NCBI GenBank assembly: GCA_017510825.1
Contig: JAFWMA010000012.1
Coordinates: 45-64,044 of the forward strand
Direction of reading: 5' to 3'
DNA length: 64,000 nt
Origin: Clostridia bacterium
GTDB lineage: Bacteria > Bacillota > Clostridia > TANB77 > CAG-508
In this document: positions 7,290 through 17,832 of the stretch, piece by piece
Position numbering within the stretch: the stretch's first letter is position 1
Layout of the letters: every line of letters begins with the position of its first letter
Program-made: the position numbers and the translations under genes
The notes under the pieces: model-generated
What the model saw: only the letters and a program-made list of their open reading frames with translations
The model's database searches: none
What the model was told of the DNA's origin: nothing

Positions 7290-9698
7290 TTATTCTGATC
7301 TTAGTGATTCAACTGGATCTTTTTTGCTTGCCATGCTTGCTGGTGCTGCACCTGCTAGCACAGTAAGTAACATGCTAACTAAAATCAAAATAACAGCAAT
7401 AACAGGTGTAATTTGAACAATATTATCTATTTGTGCAAAATTACTAACAATCGCATTAGCAGCAGTTGAAATTAAGTATGCAACTCCAACACCTAGTATA
7501 CCTGATGCAAATCCTTCTATCATAGTTTCCGCTCTAAATACTCTCTTAACATCTTTCTTGCTAGCACCAATTGCTCTTAAAATACCAATCTCCTTTGTTC
7601 TCTCAAGTACAGATACATATGTTATTATACCTATCATTAAACTAGATACAACAAGTGAAATAGATACCAATGCAATTAGAACTACTGAAATAACATTAAC
7701 TACACCACCTATTACATCTGTTAGGCTTTTCATTTCATCAACATAAGTAATTTTATCCTCATCTGAAGCACTGTTGTTATACTCGTCAATAAAAGCTTTT
7801 AAATCTTCTTTACTTTGAATATCTTTTGGATACATATTAATTGAATATGGGTCACTTATGTCTGCTGCGTCAATTTTTTTCAAATTGCTTTCATATGTTG
7901 CATCAATACCATCAAAAGCTACACCTGTAAATATATTTGTGTTTTTATTAGCTAATTGTTCTTTTACTATTTCTGAATTTGATGATTGATTTATTACATA
8001 TTCTGTTAAATCTGTTGTGTATCCTAAAAATCCGCTAGGAGTATTTTTATCTTTAATTTTTACAACTCCAACAACTTTTAATTCAGTTCCTTCGTTATAT
8101 AAATTATTAAGGAAGTTACTATCATTTTCTCTACTAATCCACGTATTGCCCATTTTTTGATAAAAATTTGTCGCACCAATTAATTCATATTTTTTTCCAA
8201 TTATTTGGTTGTAATCATATACAACATTTTTCTTTTCTGTTTTTTCTCCATTGCTGGCTTTTGAAAGAATTTCTGTTATTTCATCTCTGTCTTCAACATT
8301 TATAGAATACATTGTTGATAAATCTAATTCTTCGTCTTGATTTACTATTAGAACTAATTCATTATAGTTTTCAGGCATTTTACCAGATAATAATTCATAA
8401 TTATTATTTCCAAGCATCTGTCCAAATGAATTTTTAATTATCTTTGAATTGTCTGATACCAAGGAAGATAGTCCTGTTGCATTTACATCTGAATCATCTA
8501 TTGGATTAACTTTGATTATATCACCGTCTTTTGCTTTGTCAAATATATTTAAGTCTACATTATAATTGTATTGAATATTTGAAGTCATAGAATCTACTTT
8601 ACTTCTATTTTCTTCTATATACTGTTTTAACTTTTTTAAATTATTCTTCTTGGTTGATACTTTTGTACTTACAGTCATATTGCTTGCCACATCATCAATT
8701 GCAAGTAGTTTCCCATTGTGTTCTGGCTTTTTATTATCCGATAAATCAATGCTTGAACTTGATGTATCAATAATAGTTGACTCTACTTTTATTGCTTGAC
8801 TTCCAAAAGAATCTTGCTGAAGATTATTTGCGTAATTTCTAACTCCAGTTGCAAGTCCTAAAATTAATGCAATTCCAATAATACCAATGCTTCCTGCTAT
8901 TGCAGTTAAAGTAGTTCTTCCTCTTTTTGTTATCAAGTTATTTTTGCTTAAAGATAATGCTGTTAAAATTCCCATTGATTTTTTCTTTTTTTCGTCGTCC
9001 TGCTCTATTTCTTCATTGCCATCAAAAGGTTCTGTATCGTCAATTATCTTTCCATCTTTTAAGCTTACAATTCTTGTAGAGTATTCTTTTGCTAAGTCTG
9101 GGTTATGTGTAACCATTATTACAAGTTTTTCCTTAGCAACTTCCTTTAGTAAGTCCATTACTTGTACACTAGTTTCAGAGTCTAGCGCTCCAGTTGGCTC
9201 ATCTGCTAGAATTATTTCTGGATTATTTACTAATGCTCTAGCAATTGCAACCCTTTGCATTTGTCCACCTGATAGTTGAGATGGTTTCTTTTTTAAGAAT
9301 TCTCCTAGTCCAACTTTTTCTAATGCTTCTTTTGCCATTTTCTTTCTTGTCGATGCGGAAACTCCTGTTAATGTTAGAGCTAGTTCAACATTTTCAAGTA
9401 TTGTTTGGTGTGTTATTAAATTGTAGCTTTGAAAAATAAATCCTATTTTATAGTTTCTGTATGTATCCCAATCTGCATCTTTATAGTTTTTTGTACTTAC
9501 TCCATTTATTATCAAATCTCCAGTTGTGTAGTGGTCTAGTCCTCCTATTATGTTTAGTAGTGTACTTTTTCCACTACCACTTTGTCCTAAAATAGAAACA
9601 AATTCATTTTTTCTAAAGTTTATTGAAACATCATCTAGTGCTTTTTGCTCATATCCATCCATTTTATAAATTTTAGTAACATTTTTAATTTCTAACAT
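7290..9698 (-). CDS. MacB-type ABC transporter, fused ATP-binding domain and FtsX-family permease
   Basis: 802 aa. Walker A GQSGSGKST, signature LSGGQMQR, Walker B ILADEPTGALD. Then a TM helix, a large extracytoplasmic domain and a C-terminal FtsX-like 3-TM bundle. Confidence 0.9.
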   Translation of the reverse strand: MLEIKNVTKIYKMDGYEQKALDDVSINFRKNEFVSILGQSGSGKSTLLNIIGGLDHYTTGDLIINGVSTKNYKDADWDTYRNYKIGFIFQSYNLITHQTILENVELALTLTGVSASTRKKMAKEALEKVGLGEFLKKKPSQLSGGQMQRVAIARALVNNPEIILADEPTGALDSETSVQVMDLLKEVAKEKLVIMVTHNPDLAKEYSTRIVSLKDGKIIDDTEPFDGNEEIEQDDEKKKKSMGILTALSLSKNNLITKRGRTTLTAIAGSIGIIGIALILGLATGVRNYANNLQQDSFGSQAIKVESTIIDTSSSSIDLSDNKKPEHNGKLLAIDDVASNMTVSTKVSTKKNNLKKLKQYIEENRSKVDSMTSNIQYNYNVDLNIFDKAKDGDIIKVNPIDDSDVNATGLSSLVSDNSKIIKNSFGQMLGNNNYELLSGKMPENYNELVLIVNQDEELDLSTMYSINVEDRDEITEILSKASNGEKTEKKNVVYDYNQIIGKKYELIGATNFYQKMGNTWISRENDSNFLNNLYNEGTELKVVGVVKIKDKNTPSGFLGYTTDLTEYVINQSSNSEIVKEQLANKNTNIFTGVAFDGIDATYESNLKKIDAADISDPYSINMYPKDIQSKEDLKAFIDEYNNSASDEDKITYVDEMKSLTDVIGGVVNVISVVLIALVSISLVVSSLMIGIITYVSVLERTKEIGILRAIGASKKDVKRVFRAETMIEGFASGILGVGVAYLISTAANAIVSNFAQIDNIVQITPVIAVILILVSMLLTVLAGAAPASMASKKDPVESLRSE

Positions 9699-9911
9699 AA
9701 ACTTCTCCTCTCATTTTTTATGCAAAAATTATACCATATCTATTGTTGAAAAATCAACAAAAAAGAGGAACTTTAGAGATGTTATGAAATTCTCCTGATA
9801 CAATTTATAATTATTTACAATGCAAGTTATTCGTGATATAATACAAATATGTTTTTTATTCAGTTATAGTAATTATAAAAAGCTTTCAAATCAGAAAAGG
9901 AAGTGAGCGTT

Positions 9912-10454
9912 ATGGCTAATAACTCTAACCATAATATCATGCGGAAACTACCATTTAATAGAAGAATCATTTTAATTTCTTCTTTACTTACTGACATTAA
10001 ACTATTTTGGAAAATTGCAAAAGAAATTTATTCTATTATATATTTTCTTTGTGATGAATATCCGGATTTCTATGAATGGTATTGGAATAAGGAAATTCCT
10101 AGAGTGTTTAGTGGTACTAGCGAGATTGTTTTTTGTACTGTTGACAACAATATTGTTGGAATTACATTATTGAAAAAAGATTCATATGAAAGAAAAATAT
10201 GTACCATATATGTAGTTGAAAAATATCGTAGACAAAGAATTGCAACCCAAATGTTAGAGCAATCTTTTAAATACCTTGCTACTACTAAGCCTCTCATTTC
10301 AATCACAGACTATAAAGTTTATATGTTCAGATCTTTTATTCAAAAGTATGATTGGGAATTGACCCAAATTTTAAGCAAAGGGTATTACAATGCAAATTCA
10401 CGGGAATTTGTATATAACGGCTCATTACCGCACGATTTAAATACTTCTAAATAA
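9912..10454 (+). CDS. GNAT-family N-acetyltransferase (putative)
   Basis: Start moved to the ATG at 9912 (AAGGAAG RBS). Has IVGITLLKK...IYVVEKYRRQRIATQML, an acetyl-CoA-binding-like motif. TTTACA-17-TATAAT promoter near 9818-9846. Confidence 0.6.
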   Translation: MANNSNHNIMRKLPFNRRIILISSLLTDIKLFWKIAKEIYSIIYFLCDEYPDFYEWYWNKEIPRVFSGTSEIVFCTVDNNIVGITLLKKDSYERKICTIYVVEKYRRQRIATQMLEQSFKYLATTKPLISITDYKVYMFRSFIQKYDWELTQILSKGYYNANSREFVYNGSLPHDLNTSK

Positions 10455-10499
10455 AAAAACACTCTCTTAAATTCAACTGAATTTTGAGTGTGTTTTTTT
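10455..10499. terminator. Bidirectional terminator between convergent genes
   Basis: aaaaaACACTC...GAGTGTgttttttt. Confidence 0.55.
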
Positions 10500-10500
10500 A

Positions 10501-10842
10501 TTATATCTTTTTAATGCGAATTCCTAAAATTCCATATTGTTTTTGTTTTTCTGGTGTATAGAATTCTTCTAATACATCTAATAATTCTTGCTTTGTCATG
10601 GATTTATCAGCTATGATTTCTATATCAAAGTCTTCAAGTAAATCTTCAAACGTATTATATCTTAAAAGTCCTATAACTTCCACTTTCATTGTAGTATTTA
10701 GGTCAGGTTCTTTTTGAAAAATAATAGTATCACCTATATTAATTTTCTGTCTTTTTTCATCATATAATCTTAGTTCTATCCTTTTTGTACCGTTATTAAT
10801 ATATTCAAAATATTTAGGTTTTAGTTTTAAAGTATGTTTCAT
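10501..10842 (-). CDS. ASCH (PUA-like) domain protein
   Basis: 113 aa. LKLKPKYFEYINNGTKRIELRLYDEKRQKINIGDTIIF resembles the ASCH-domain N-terminus. Confidence 0.55.
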   Translation of the reverse strand: MKHTLKLKPKYFEYINNGTKRIELRLYDEKRQKINIGDTIIFQKEPDLNTTMKVEVIGLLRYNTFEDLLEDFDIEIIADKSMTKQELLDVLEEFYTPEKQKQYGILGIRIKKI

Positions 10843-10941
10843 CTCTTTACATCTCCCTTCTTAGAACACACTGCATTCAGCTACAAAATATGCAATAATT
10901 ATTGGTATCAATGCACAGTGTACTCTATAGAATTCTTAATC

Positions 10942-12462
10942 TTAATTATCTTTTTTAAAACTATTTTTATATACAATAATACCACAAGCAATAACTGCTA
11001 CTACTGCAATAACTAATATTACTATTACCCATGCAAAACTGTTTTGTTCATTATTTTCGGTATTTTCTACTTCTATAGTATTAGAACTCTGGCTTTGTAT
11101 AGTGCTTGCGCCCTTATAATTTGTAGATGTTATTGCTGTTCCATTTACATACAAAGTATGCCCATTTAAATTAATATTACTATTGTCTGTAACTTCGTTG
11201 TTTAAAGATGTAATACAGGAATCTCCTGTTAATGTTAAAGTTGATGAACTATCTAGTGTAACGTTTATTGTTTTAGCAGTATTTTCGCTATTTATTGCAC
11301 CAGAATAACTGCTTTTATTTTTTAATGAGAAATCTAGTGTGGAAATATTGTCAACTAAAATGTCCCCTTCAATTTTTTGATTTTTAGCATTTAATGTAAC
11401 ATTACCACCATTTTTACCTGAAGTTCCCCATTTTGCAGAGCTAATTTTTAAGAAGTCACCATTAGTATCATTATTTATTATTTCATTATTTTCAAGCTCA
11501 ATAACTGTGCTTGTATTTGTAACAAAAATAATTTCACCTTTATTATTAACTATTTTTGAATTTTTTGCACTAAAAGATGATGTTCCAACATCTGCATCTC
11601 CTGACATTGATTGATAAATAAATATAGACTTATATGTTTCAGAATTTCCATTTAACTTTGTATTTGTTGCTTCCATTGTTACATTATTTAAATCAACTGA
11701 ATTTTTTCCCTCAACTACAGCACCTTCTGAGGCTGTTGAAGTTAAGTTTGCATTGTTTACAGTAATATCCGCAGTTGAATAAATTACAGGGGATCCTGTT
11801 CCGTGTGATGTATAGTTTCCGCCATTTACTGTTAGAGTTCCACCACCTCTATCGCTTCTAATTGGAGCTGAAGAATTACCATCTGTTTCTGCTGTTACAT
11901 TGTTTGCAGTTAGTTTTCCTCCACCAGTTACCATTACAGCACCTGAATTATTGTTTGTTGTTTTAATATTTGTGTTTGAAATATTTATTGTTCCATTTGC
12001 GTATGCAAAAACACCATTTGCATGTGAACCACTTGTTGCAACATTACCTCCGTTAATATTTAATGTTCCTTCTTTTACTAAAACTCCTGCGTTAGTTCCA
12101 TAAAAGTCTGAATTATCTCCATCAGAGTCTCCTAATTTTGTAATTGTTGGGTTGTTTAAAGTAGATGTTCCACCTGTTACTAATAAAGAATTTTGGTTTC
12201 CTGTTGTTGAAGAATAAGTTTGCCCATTGTTAGTACTATCACTCGAAATTTCAGTTGCCCCTGTATGTGATATATTTGCACTACTTCCGCTTCCTCCTGG
12301 CTGTCCTCCATTTCCATCTGGTTTGTCCGGTGGTGCTCCCCCATTTTGACTTGACATTTCACCACTAGGTTTATCTGGTGGCATAGCAAACACCATTGCA
12401 TAATTTAGTGTTAAAGTTAAAATAATTATAATAGATAATAAAGTTTTTGATAATTTTTTCAT
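10942..12462 (-). CDS. Secreted, C-terminally membrane-anchored parallel beta-helix repeat protein (Cthe_2159-like carbohydrate-binding family?)
   Basis: Start set at the second ATG (6 nt after the AAAGGAAG RBS). Signal peptide, Gly/Pro-rich linker, repeated LT.NG/NNV.. beta-helix-like units, C-terminal TM helix. Confidence 0.7.
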   Translation of the reverse strand: MKKLSKTLLSIIIILTLTLNYAMVFAMPPDKPSGEMSSQNGGAPPDKPDGNGGQPGGSGSSANISHTGATEISSDSTNNGQTYSSTTGNQNSLLVTGGTSTLNNPTITKLGDSDGDNSDFYGTNAGVLVKEGTLNINGGNVATSGSHANGVFAYANGTINISNTNIKTTNNNSGAVMVTGGGKLTANNVTAETDGNSSAPIRSDRGGGTLTVNGGNYTSHGTGSPVIYSTADITVNNANLTSTASEGAVVEGKNSVDLNNVTMEATNTKLNGNSETYKSIFIYQSMSGDADVGTSSFSAKNSKIVNNKGEIIFVTNTSTVIELENNEIINNDTNGDFLKISSAKWGTSGKNGGNVTLNAKNQKIEGDILVDNISTLDFSLKNKSSYSGAINSENTAKTINVTLDSSSTLTLTGDSCITSLNNEVTDNSNINLNGHTLYVNGTAITSTNYKGASTIQSQSSNTIEVENTENNEQNSFAWVIVILVIAVVAVIACGIIVYKNSFKKDN

Positions 12463-12524
12463 AAGCATCTTCCTTTCTATTTTTTAATTTTTAATTAATA
12501 TATAATACAAACCTTAAAAAAACA

Positions 12525-13367
12525 TTAAAAACTTCTTCCGCCACCGCCATGCGTTGATCCACTGCTACTTGTATGTGTAGATGATGAATGTGAACTTCCA
12601 CTACTACTGCTACTACTTCCGCTTGACGACTCAACTGGTGAATATCTTCGAGTTTGTTTTACATCAATAAATCTATCAAATTCTTTTACAATTTTAAATT
12701 GCCTTGCATAATTTTCTGCCTTTTTTTGTGGTTTTAGTTTTCTCTGGTTGTAGTACCCTCTTGCAATATATATTGCTGTAATTATAATAGATATAACTAA
12801 ACTTGTAATAGTTATGGACTCAATTGTAATTATATTATTTGAACCATACTTTCCTTTTTTTGCAAAATATGAAGCTTTATCTATAAATTCTTTACAACAA
12901 TCATAATATTTTTCTTTCTTTATGTTCTTATATGTATATTCAAGAATTTTATCTATTCTAACATCATTATAAATCTCTATTGCACTTCCTGTAGTACTAA
13001 TCCACATCTTTCGTTTTTGCATATCTATCAAAAACAGCACACCACTTTTATCGTCTCCAATTCCATAATTATTATAGTCGTAAAAGTCATCTGCATATTC
13101 CATTGACGAAGCTTTATTATTATGATTAATTGTAACAATAACCATATCCATATTATATTTTTCAATATATTTTTGAACTTGTTTATATAGTTTTGTTTCT
13201 TCTTCATTTGTTAGCAATTCTGCGTCATCAATTACTTTAACAGTATTTTCAACAACTTTTGTTTTCTCCTTTGCTTGCTTCATTATAGCTTTATCAATAC
13301 TATTTGAGGCTAGGCATGATGTAGGAATAATAAAAATCACAAAAATAATTAATATCATTCTTTTCAT
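12525..13367 (-). CDS. TPM-domain protein (YdjH/YgcG-like) with C-terminal TM helix and Ser/Gly tail
   Basis: Start at the ATG overlapping the upstream stop (TAATG) behind AGGAGG. VIDDAELLTNEEETKLYKQVQKYIEKYNMDMVIVTI is a TPM-domain signature. Confidence 0.75.
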   Translation of the reverse strand: MKRMILIIFVIFIIPTSCLASNSIDKAIMKQAKEKTKVVENTVKVIDDAELLTNEEETKLYKQVQKYIEKYNMDMVIVTINHNNKASSMEYADDFYDYNNYGIGDDKSGVLFLIDMQKRKMWISTTGSAIEIYNDVRIDKILEYTYKNIKKEKYYDCCKEFIDKASYFAKKGKYGSNNIITIESITITSLVISIIITAIYIARGYYNQRKLKPQKKAENYARQFKIVKEFDRFIDVKQTRRYSPVESSSGSSSSSSGSSHSSSTHTSSSGSTHGGGGRSF

Positions 13368-14395
13368 TATAAAGCACCTCCTAATACATAGCAAAAAATA
13401 AATGTTAAAACTTCACAAATAGCAAAAAATATTGTTGATTTTTTTATAACTTGATCTACATCAATAGGAATGTTTCCAACGCATTTGCCAGTTTGTCCAT
13501 TCATAGCAAAAGTATAATACTCTTCATTATATTTAACATTTAGCATCCATACAGGCAATAGTGCATATTCAGGTCTTCCTTTAGCTATGTTTATTTTTGA
13601 ATTTTTAACTGAAATGCTAGAATACCCTGTTACTGTTTTCATAATTTCTTCTGAAATAGTATTTTCAATTCTTTCTTTTGCCCTTGAATATACATCATCT
13701 GATTTTTGGTCATATCTTTCTGCTAAAAATCCAGCTAAGTAGCTTTTATTAAATTCTTTAAAGTCCCCATATTCATATGGTTCTATAGAGTCCATAATTA
13801 TATCATTAAATTTAGTTGAACCATCAACTGGAACATCTATGAATATTTCCTCACCACTTCTGACTACATCATAAGTTTCAGTTTCAGTGTATATATAATC
13901 ACCACTACGCCAAGAATGTGTTTTTTTTCCATCGATATTAAATTCAGCAAATACATTTCCATCAAAAAGCCAGAATGGAATATAAATTCCAGTAATCTTC
14001 TCTATATTATCTTTATTGCTAAATGTTTTTGGTGCAAAAAACTTTTTTTTCACCAGATTTTTAAATGATTCTATAGCATCTTCTTTTACTGTTTTAAATG
14101 GAATAATTTTATCTGGTTTAAATTCTCCCTGAAGTCTATCTTTTATAATTGTTGTGTTCCCACAATATACACATTCAGTTGCAGTGGTATTGATATCACA
14201 TATAACTATTGCTCCGCAGTTCTTACATGTGTATTGTTCCCAATGTTCAATGCATTCGTTTTCTTCATTTTTAAATGCACTAACATCAAATGAACTTCCA
14301 CAATATTCGCAGTCCCATCTCTGACTCTTAGGATTAAACTTAACATTTGCCCCACAACTTGGGCATTTATTATCTAAGGTATCGTTACTACTCAT
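13367..14395 (-). CDS. Zinc-ribbon protein with C-terminal TM helix (B. subtilis YdjG-like)
   Basis: 342 aa. Two CxxC...CxxC ribbons (CPSCGANV..CEYCGS and CKNCGA..CVYCGN). Translationally coupled to the TPM gene. Confidence 0.7.
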   Translation of the reverse strand: MSSNDTLDNKCPSCGANVKFNPKSQRWDCEYCGSSFDVSAFKNEENECIEHWEQYTCKNCGAIVICDINTTATECVYCGNTTIIKDRLQGEFKPDKIIPFKTVKEDAIESFKNLVKKKFFAPKTFSNKDNIEKITGIYIPFWLFDGNVFAEFNIDGKKTHSWRSGDYIYTETETYDVVRSGEEIFIDVPVDGSTKFNDIIMDSIEPYEYGDFKEFNKSYLAGFLAERYDQKSDDVYSRAKERIENTISEEIMKTVTGYSSISVKNSKINIAKGRPEYALLPVWMLNVKYNEEYYTFAMNGQTGKCVGNIPIDVDQVIKKSTIFFAICEVLTFIFCYVLGGAL

Positions 14396-14650
14396 TTGTT
14401 ATCCTTTCTTTTTTTGATAAAAGCAAAAGTGTCAACTTGCTTTACTGCTTTTGCTACAATATATGTAAGAAAATCTAAATACTTATCTTGACAAGATCCA
14501 ACCTGTTTTGGGTAGGTATCATCAAAAGTATTATATAATAGATTGTCATCAATTTCAACTATTATCTGTCTATATAGCATAGATTTACAAAATGACAAAA
14601 AAATTTTTAATATGTATAATTACTATAAAACAAAAGAAAGGGGGCATCAT

Positions 14651-14869
14651 ATGCTTAAGGGAATAAAAAATCCAGTTTTATGTTTTATCATAACATTTAT
14701 TGCATATGCAATTGTATGTTTAATAGTTTGGACATTACTAGATCTTATTATATCACATAAGCCATTTACTTTTTCAGTTAGTGAAACTATTGTAAAACCA
14801 GCCATATGGTCTTTAATTTTTACTATTATTGATCAGGTTGTACTTAGTAGAAAAAATAGTAAAGAATAA
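14651..14869 (+). CDS. Small 2-TM membrane protein
   Basis: ATG at 14651 behind an AAAGGGGG RBS. The longer track ORF from 14543 lacks an RBS. Confidence 0.5.
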   Translation: MLKGIKNPVLCFIITFIAYAIVCLIVWTLLDLIISHKPFTFSVSETIVKPAIWSLIFTIIDQVVLSRKNSKE

Positions 14870-14888
14870 TATTTATAATAATAAAAAA

Positions 14889-14924
14889 ATTAGGGCACTT
14901 CTAAAAAATATGAAGTGTCCTAAT
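14889..14924. terminator. Bidirectional terminator between convergent genes
   Basis: ATTAGGGCACTTCtaaaaaatatGAAGTGTCCTAAT. Confidence 0.6.
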
Positions 14925-14945
14925 TTCTTCCTCTTATCTCCTTTT

Positions 14946-16628
14946 TTATTCAATCGCCATAAGATTATTTACAGTTTTTTTCATTGAAATTTTATTTATT
15001 ACAATTGCTAAAACTAAACTTATCAGAGTAATGCTAATACATATAAATGTCGCATTTTGCATTACAAAAGAAATATCAATATGTGATAACAATGCTAAAC
15101 AACCTATAAAAGCTACAAGTGCTATTACACCTAAAATAATTAAAACTATATTTATTATGCCAAGTTTTCTAGAAATTTCAGTTTCACTATCCCAGTTAAA
15201 GTTTGGTCTTATAGAATTCTTTAAAATCAATAAACTTATACAGATTATATTAAGAAAAAAACCAAAGCAAGCACTTAATGGGATTACCCAGCTATTTTCA
15301 ATAGATATTACTCCTAGTGTTATAGCAACTATCCCTAAGATAATTACATATAGTACACTTCCTAGTGAACAAATAGTTAAAGAAAAGTTTCTTTTACTTT
15401 TGTAATAATCAGCATAGTCAACTGGTAAAGTACGGATCATACTAATATTATCACCTTCGCGTGAAAATGCAGTCCCTGGTAAAACATTAAACCCACAAGC
15501 AAAACAAGATGCAAATAATGCAAATAGCATAAATGCAATTAACCCTTGTATGTTGCTAAAATGTAATGATACTTCTCCTAAAGAATTTTTTCCTAAAATA
15601 AATGGTAATATAAAAAGTACCGGCCAAACAAAACTCATGACAAACCCATAAATCATATATGCAGGATTTCTTTTACTACTCTTTGCTTCATAATAAGTTA
15701 ATGCTTTTTTTGCATTCTCCTTTTTTCCATTTTGTTTTAAAGCTTTTGAAACATCAATATTCTTCTTGCCAGTACTTTGCATTGAAAGTGCTGTACTAAA
15801 GTAGAAAGCTTTTACTGCAAGCGCCGCTAATATCATTATTAGTGCAGAAGTAGAAATACTAATTAGTAGTCCAGTAATGTTTCCTTCAATCATAAAACTA
15901 TTCATAAAAGATATAGTTGGAATAGCTTCTGAAATATATGAAATCACACTAAATGTTTCTGAACTATCGCCCTGCCATGTGTTGCTTATAACAATATAAG
16001 CTATTGAAATCGCAAATGAAAATATTCCACCTAGTGCTACAGTAACATCACGGTTTCTCATAACTCCAAATACTCGGAAAACAACAACAATAAGTAAAGT
16101 TGCAATTGAAATTCCAGTTATCGGCATTAAAATACTAGAGATAATAACACCTATTATAAAAGGAAGCCCAACACCTGCGTGAATACCTGCTCCTATGCAA
16201 ATTGAATTTAATGTGACAATGCTTAATCCTACAGGAAAAACAGATGCAACAGCTAATTTTGCCATTACAATTTGCGTTGCAGAAAAAGGCATTGGCAAAA
16301 GTAATTCAAGATCATCAGTTGAATAAAGCACTGTTATTGTATCTTTAATTGCAAGTATAAAACTTAAAATTAAAATTCCCAACATTAATACTTGCGCAAT
16401 TTTTTCAACCCCAGCAAATTGGCTAATAAATGGTTGAATTATGTAAGCTCCAATAGATAACCCAACAGTCACAACTATTAAACAACAATATAGTAACACT
16501 TTTACTGCTTTTGGTGATATAAGAGCCTCACTATTCCCAATAGCTGCTTTACCATTACATTTTTTTAAAACTGTAATAAGCTTTTTGGTTTTTGCTATAC
16601 TTCCTGTGGAATTATCGTTTGATATCAT
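14946..16628 (-). CDS. Large polytopic membrane protein, putative ABC exporter permease
   Basis: 560 aa with 12 or more hydrophobic helices. Start overlaps the upstream stop (TAATG). Lies in an operon with an ABC ATPase. Confidence 0.7.
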   Translation of the reverse strand: MISNDNSTGSIAKTKKLITVLKKCNGKAAIGNSEALISPKAVKVLLYCCLIVVTVGLSIGAYIIQPFISQFAGVEKIAQVLMLGILILSFILAIKDTITVLYSTDDLELLLPMPFSATQIVMAKLAVASVFPVGLSIVTLNSICIGAGIHAGVGLPFIIGVIISSILMPITGISIATLLIVVVFRVFGVMRNRDVTVALGGIFSFAISIAYIVISNTWQGDSSETFSVISYISEAIPTISFMNSFMIEGNITGLLISISTSALIMILAALAVKAFYFSTALSMQSTGKKNIDVSKALKQNGKKENAKKALTYYEAKSSKRNPAYMIYGFVMSFVWPVLFILPFILGKNSLGEVSLHFSNIQGLIAFMLFALFASCFACGFNVLPGTAFSREGDNISMIRTLPVDYADYYKSKRNFSLTICSLGSVLYVIILGIVAITLGVISIENSWVIPLSACFGFFLNIICISLLILKNSIRPNFNWDSETEISRKLGIINIVLIILGVIALVAFIGCLALLSHIDISFVMQNATFICISITLISLVLAIVINKISMKKTVNNLMAIE

Positions 16629-16954
16629 TATTTAGCCTCCTTACAGCTTTTTTTGATTACAAAATAAACTACTACCAATAATACAAGAACTCCTAAAACT
16701 ACAAATATGAAAATTTCTTCATCAAGTATTTTCATTATTCTTATTATAGAAATTATAATACAAAGTAAACCTCCCACTATATTTGAAACTGCTGATAAGA
16801 TTTTAAATCTTTTTGCTCCTTTATCAGAGTATTCTTTAATTTGTGCTTCTTCACTTTTTGATACATTTCCAGTAACAATTGTAATTATTCCTCTTATAAT
16901 ACAATAGATACCTACTCCTAAAAATACATATTGACTAATTTGACCAAATCCCAT
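16628..16954 (-). CDS. Small 3-TM membrane protein (DUF3784-like?)
   Basis: 108 aa, sits between the ATPase and the permease. AAAGGAGG RBS. Confidence 0.6.
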   Translation of the reverse strand: MGFGQISQYVFLGVGIYCIIRGIITIVTGNVSKSEEAQIKEYSDKGAKRFKILSAVSNIVGGLLCIIISIIRIMKILDEEIFIFVVLGVLVLLVVVYFVIKKSCKEAK

Positions 16955-16986
16955 AATTTTTTCCTCCTTTATTTATTATTTATTAT

Positions 16987-17712
16987 TTAATCTTTATTAT
17001 CAGTTAATTCAAGAAAAATGTTTTCTAATGATGCCTGTTCCTTGTGAGTTGCTTTTAAATCATCAAGTGTTCCTTCGTATAGCAGTTCTCCCTTTTTTAT
17101 AATACATATTTCATCACATAGTTTTTCTGCTACTTCCAACACGTGTGTTGAAAAAAATACAGTTTTACCTTTTTGAGCATGTTCACGCATCATCTTTTTT
17201 AGTTCAAATGCAGCCTGCGGATCAAGTCCTGTTAATGGTTCATCAAGTATCCACACACTTGGGTCATGAATCAGCGCTCCCATAATCATAATTTTTTGGC
17301 GCATACCATGTGAATAAGAATTAATCTGATTGCCAAGTGAATCATAAATTCCAAATCGTTTTGCATAATTTTCAATAAATTCATTTCTTTCTTCGATTGG
17401 AGTATCATAAATATCTGCCATAAAATTTAAGTATTCTAATCCGGTTAGTCTTAAAAAATGGTCAGGACTATCTGATACATATCCAAACTGGCTTTTGGCT
17501 TTTTTTGGTTCTTTAACAACATCAATTCCATTTATTAAAATTGTTCCATTTGTTGGTTTTATTACACCTGTTATTGCTTTAATTGTAGTAGATTTTCCAG
17601 CACCATTATGGCCTATGAAACCAGTAATAGCTCCATCTTTTGCAGTAAATGAAATATTTTTAACCACATCACGATTACCGTATTTTTTAGTATAATTTTT
17701 TACACTAATCAA
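16987..17712 (-). CDS. ABC transporter ATP-binding protein
   Basis: Walker A GHNGAGKST, signature YSHGMRQK, Walker B ILDEPLTGLD. TTG start behind AAAGGAG. Confidence 0.9.
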   Translation of the reverse strand: MISVKNYTKKYGNRDVVKNISFTAKDGAITGFIGHNGAGKSTTIKAITGVIKPTNGTILINGIDVVKEPKKAKSQFGYVSDSPDHFLRLTGLEYLNFMADIYDTPIEERNEFIENYAKRFGIYDSLGNQINSYSHGMRQKIMIMGALIHDPSVWILDEPLTGLDPQAAFELKKMMREHAQKGKTVFFSTHVLEVAEKLCDEICIIKKGELLYEGTLDDLKATHKEQASLENIFLELTDNKD

Positions 17713-17832
17713 TGCAATTTCTCCTTTCTTTTTTCTTTAATATGTTATGTATGTATGTTATCATATTTTTTTATTTTTTGTCAATAAATAGTTTTAATAA
17801 ATAGTGTATATGTCCATAAAAATATTCCTTAA

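Noticed and set aside
14392-14598. 68-aa ORF overlapping the start of the zinc-ribbon gene
   Set aside because: It starts with TTG and has no RBS, and the first ATG also lacks one. It lies mostly in the promoter region shared with the divergent 14651 gene. Not convincing as a gene.
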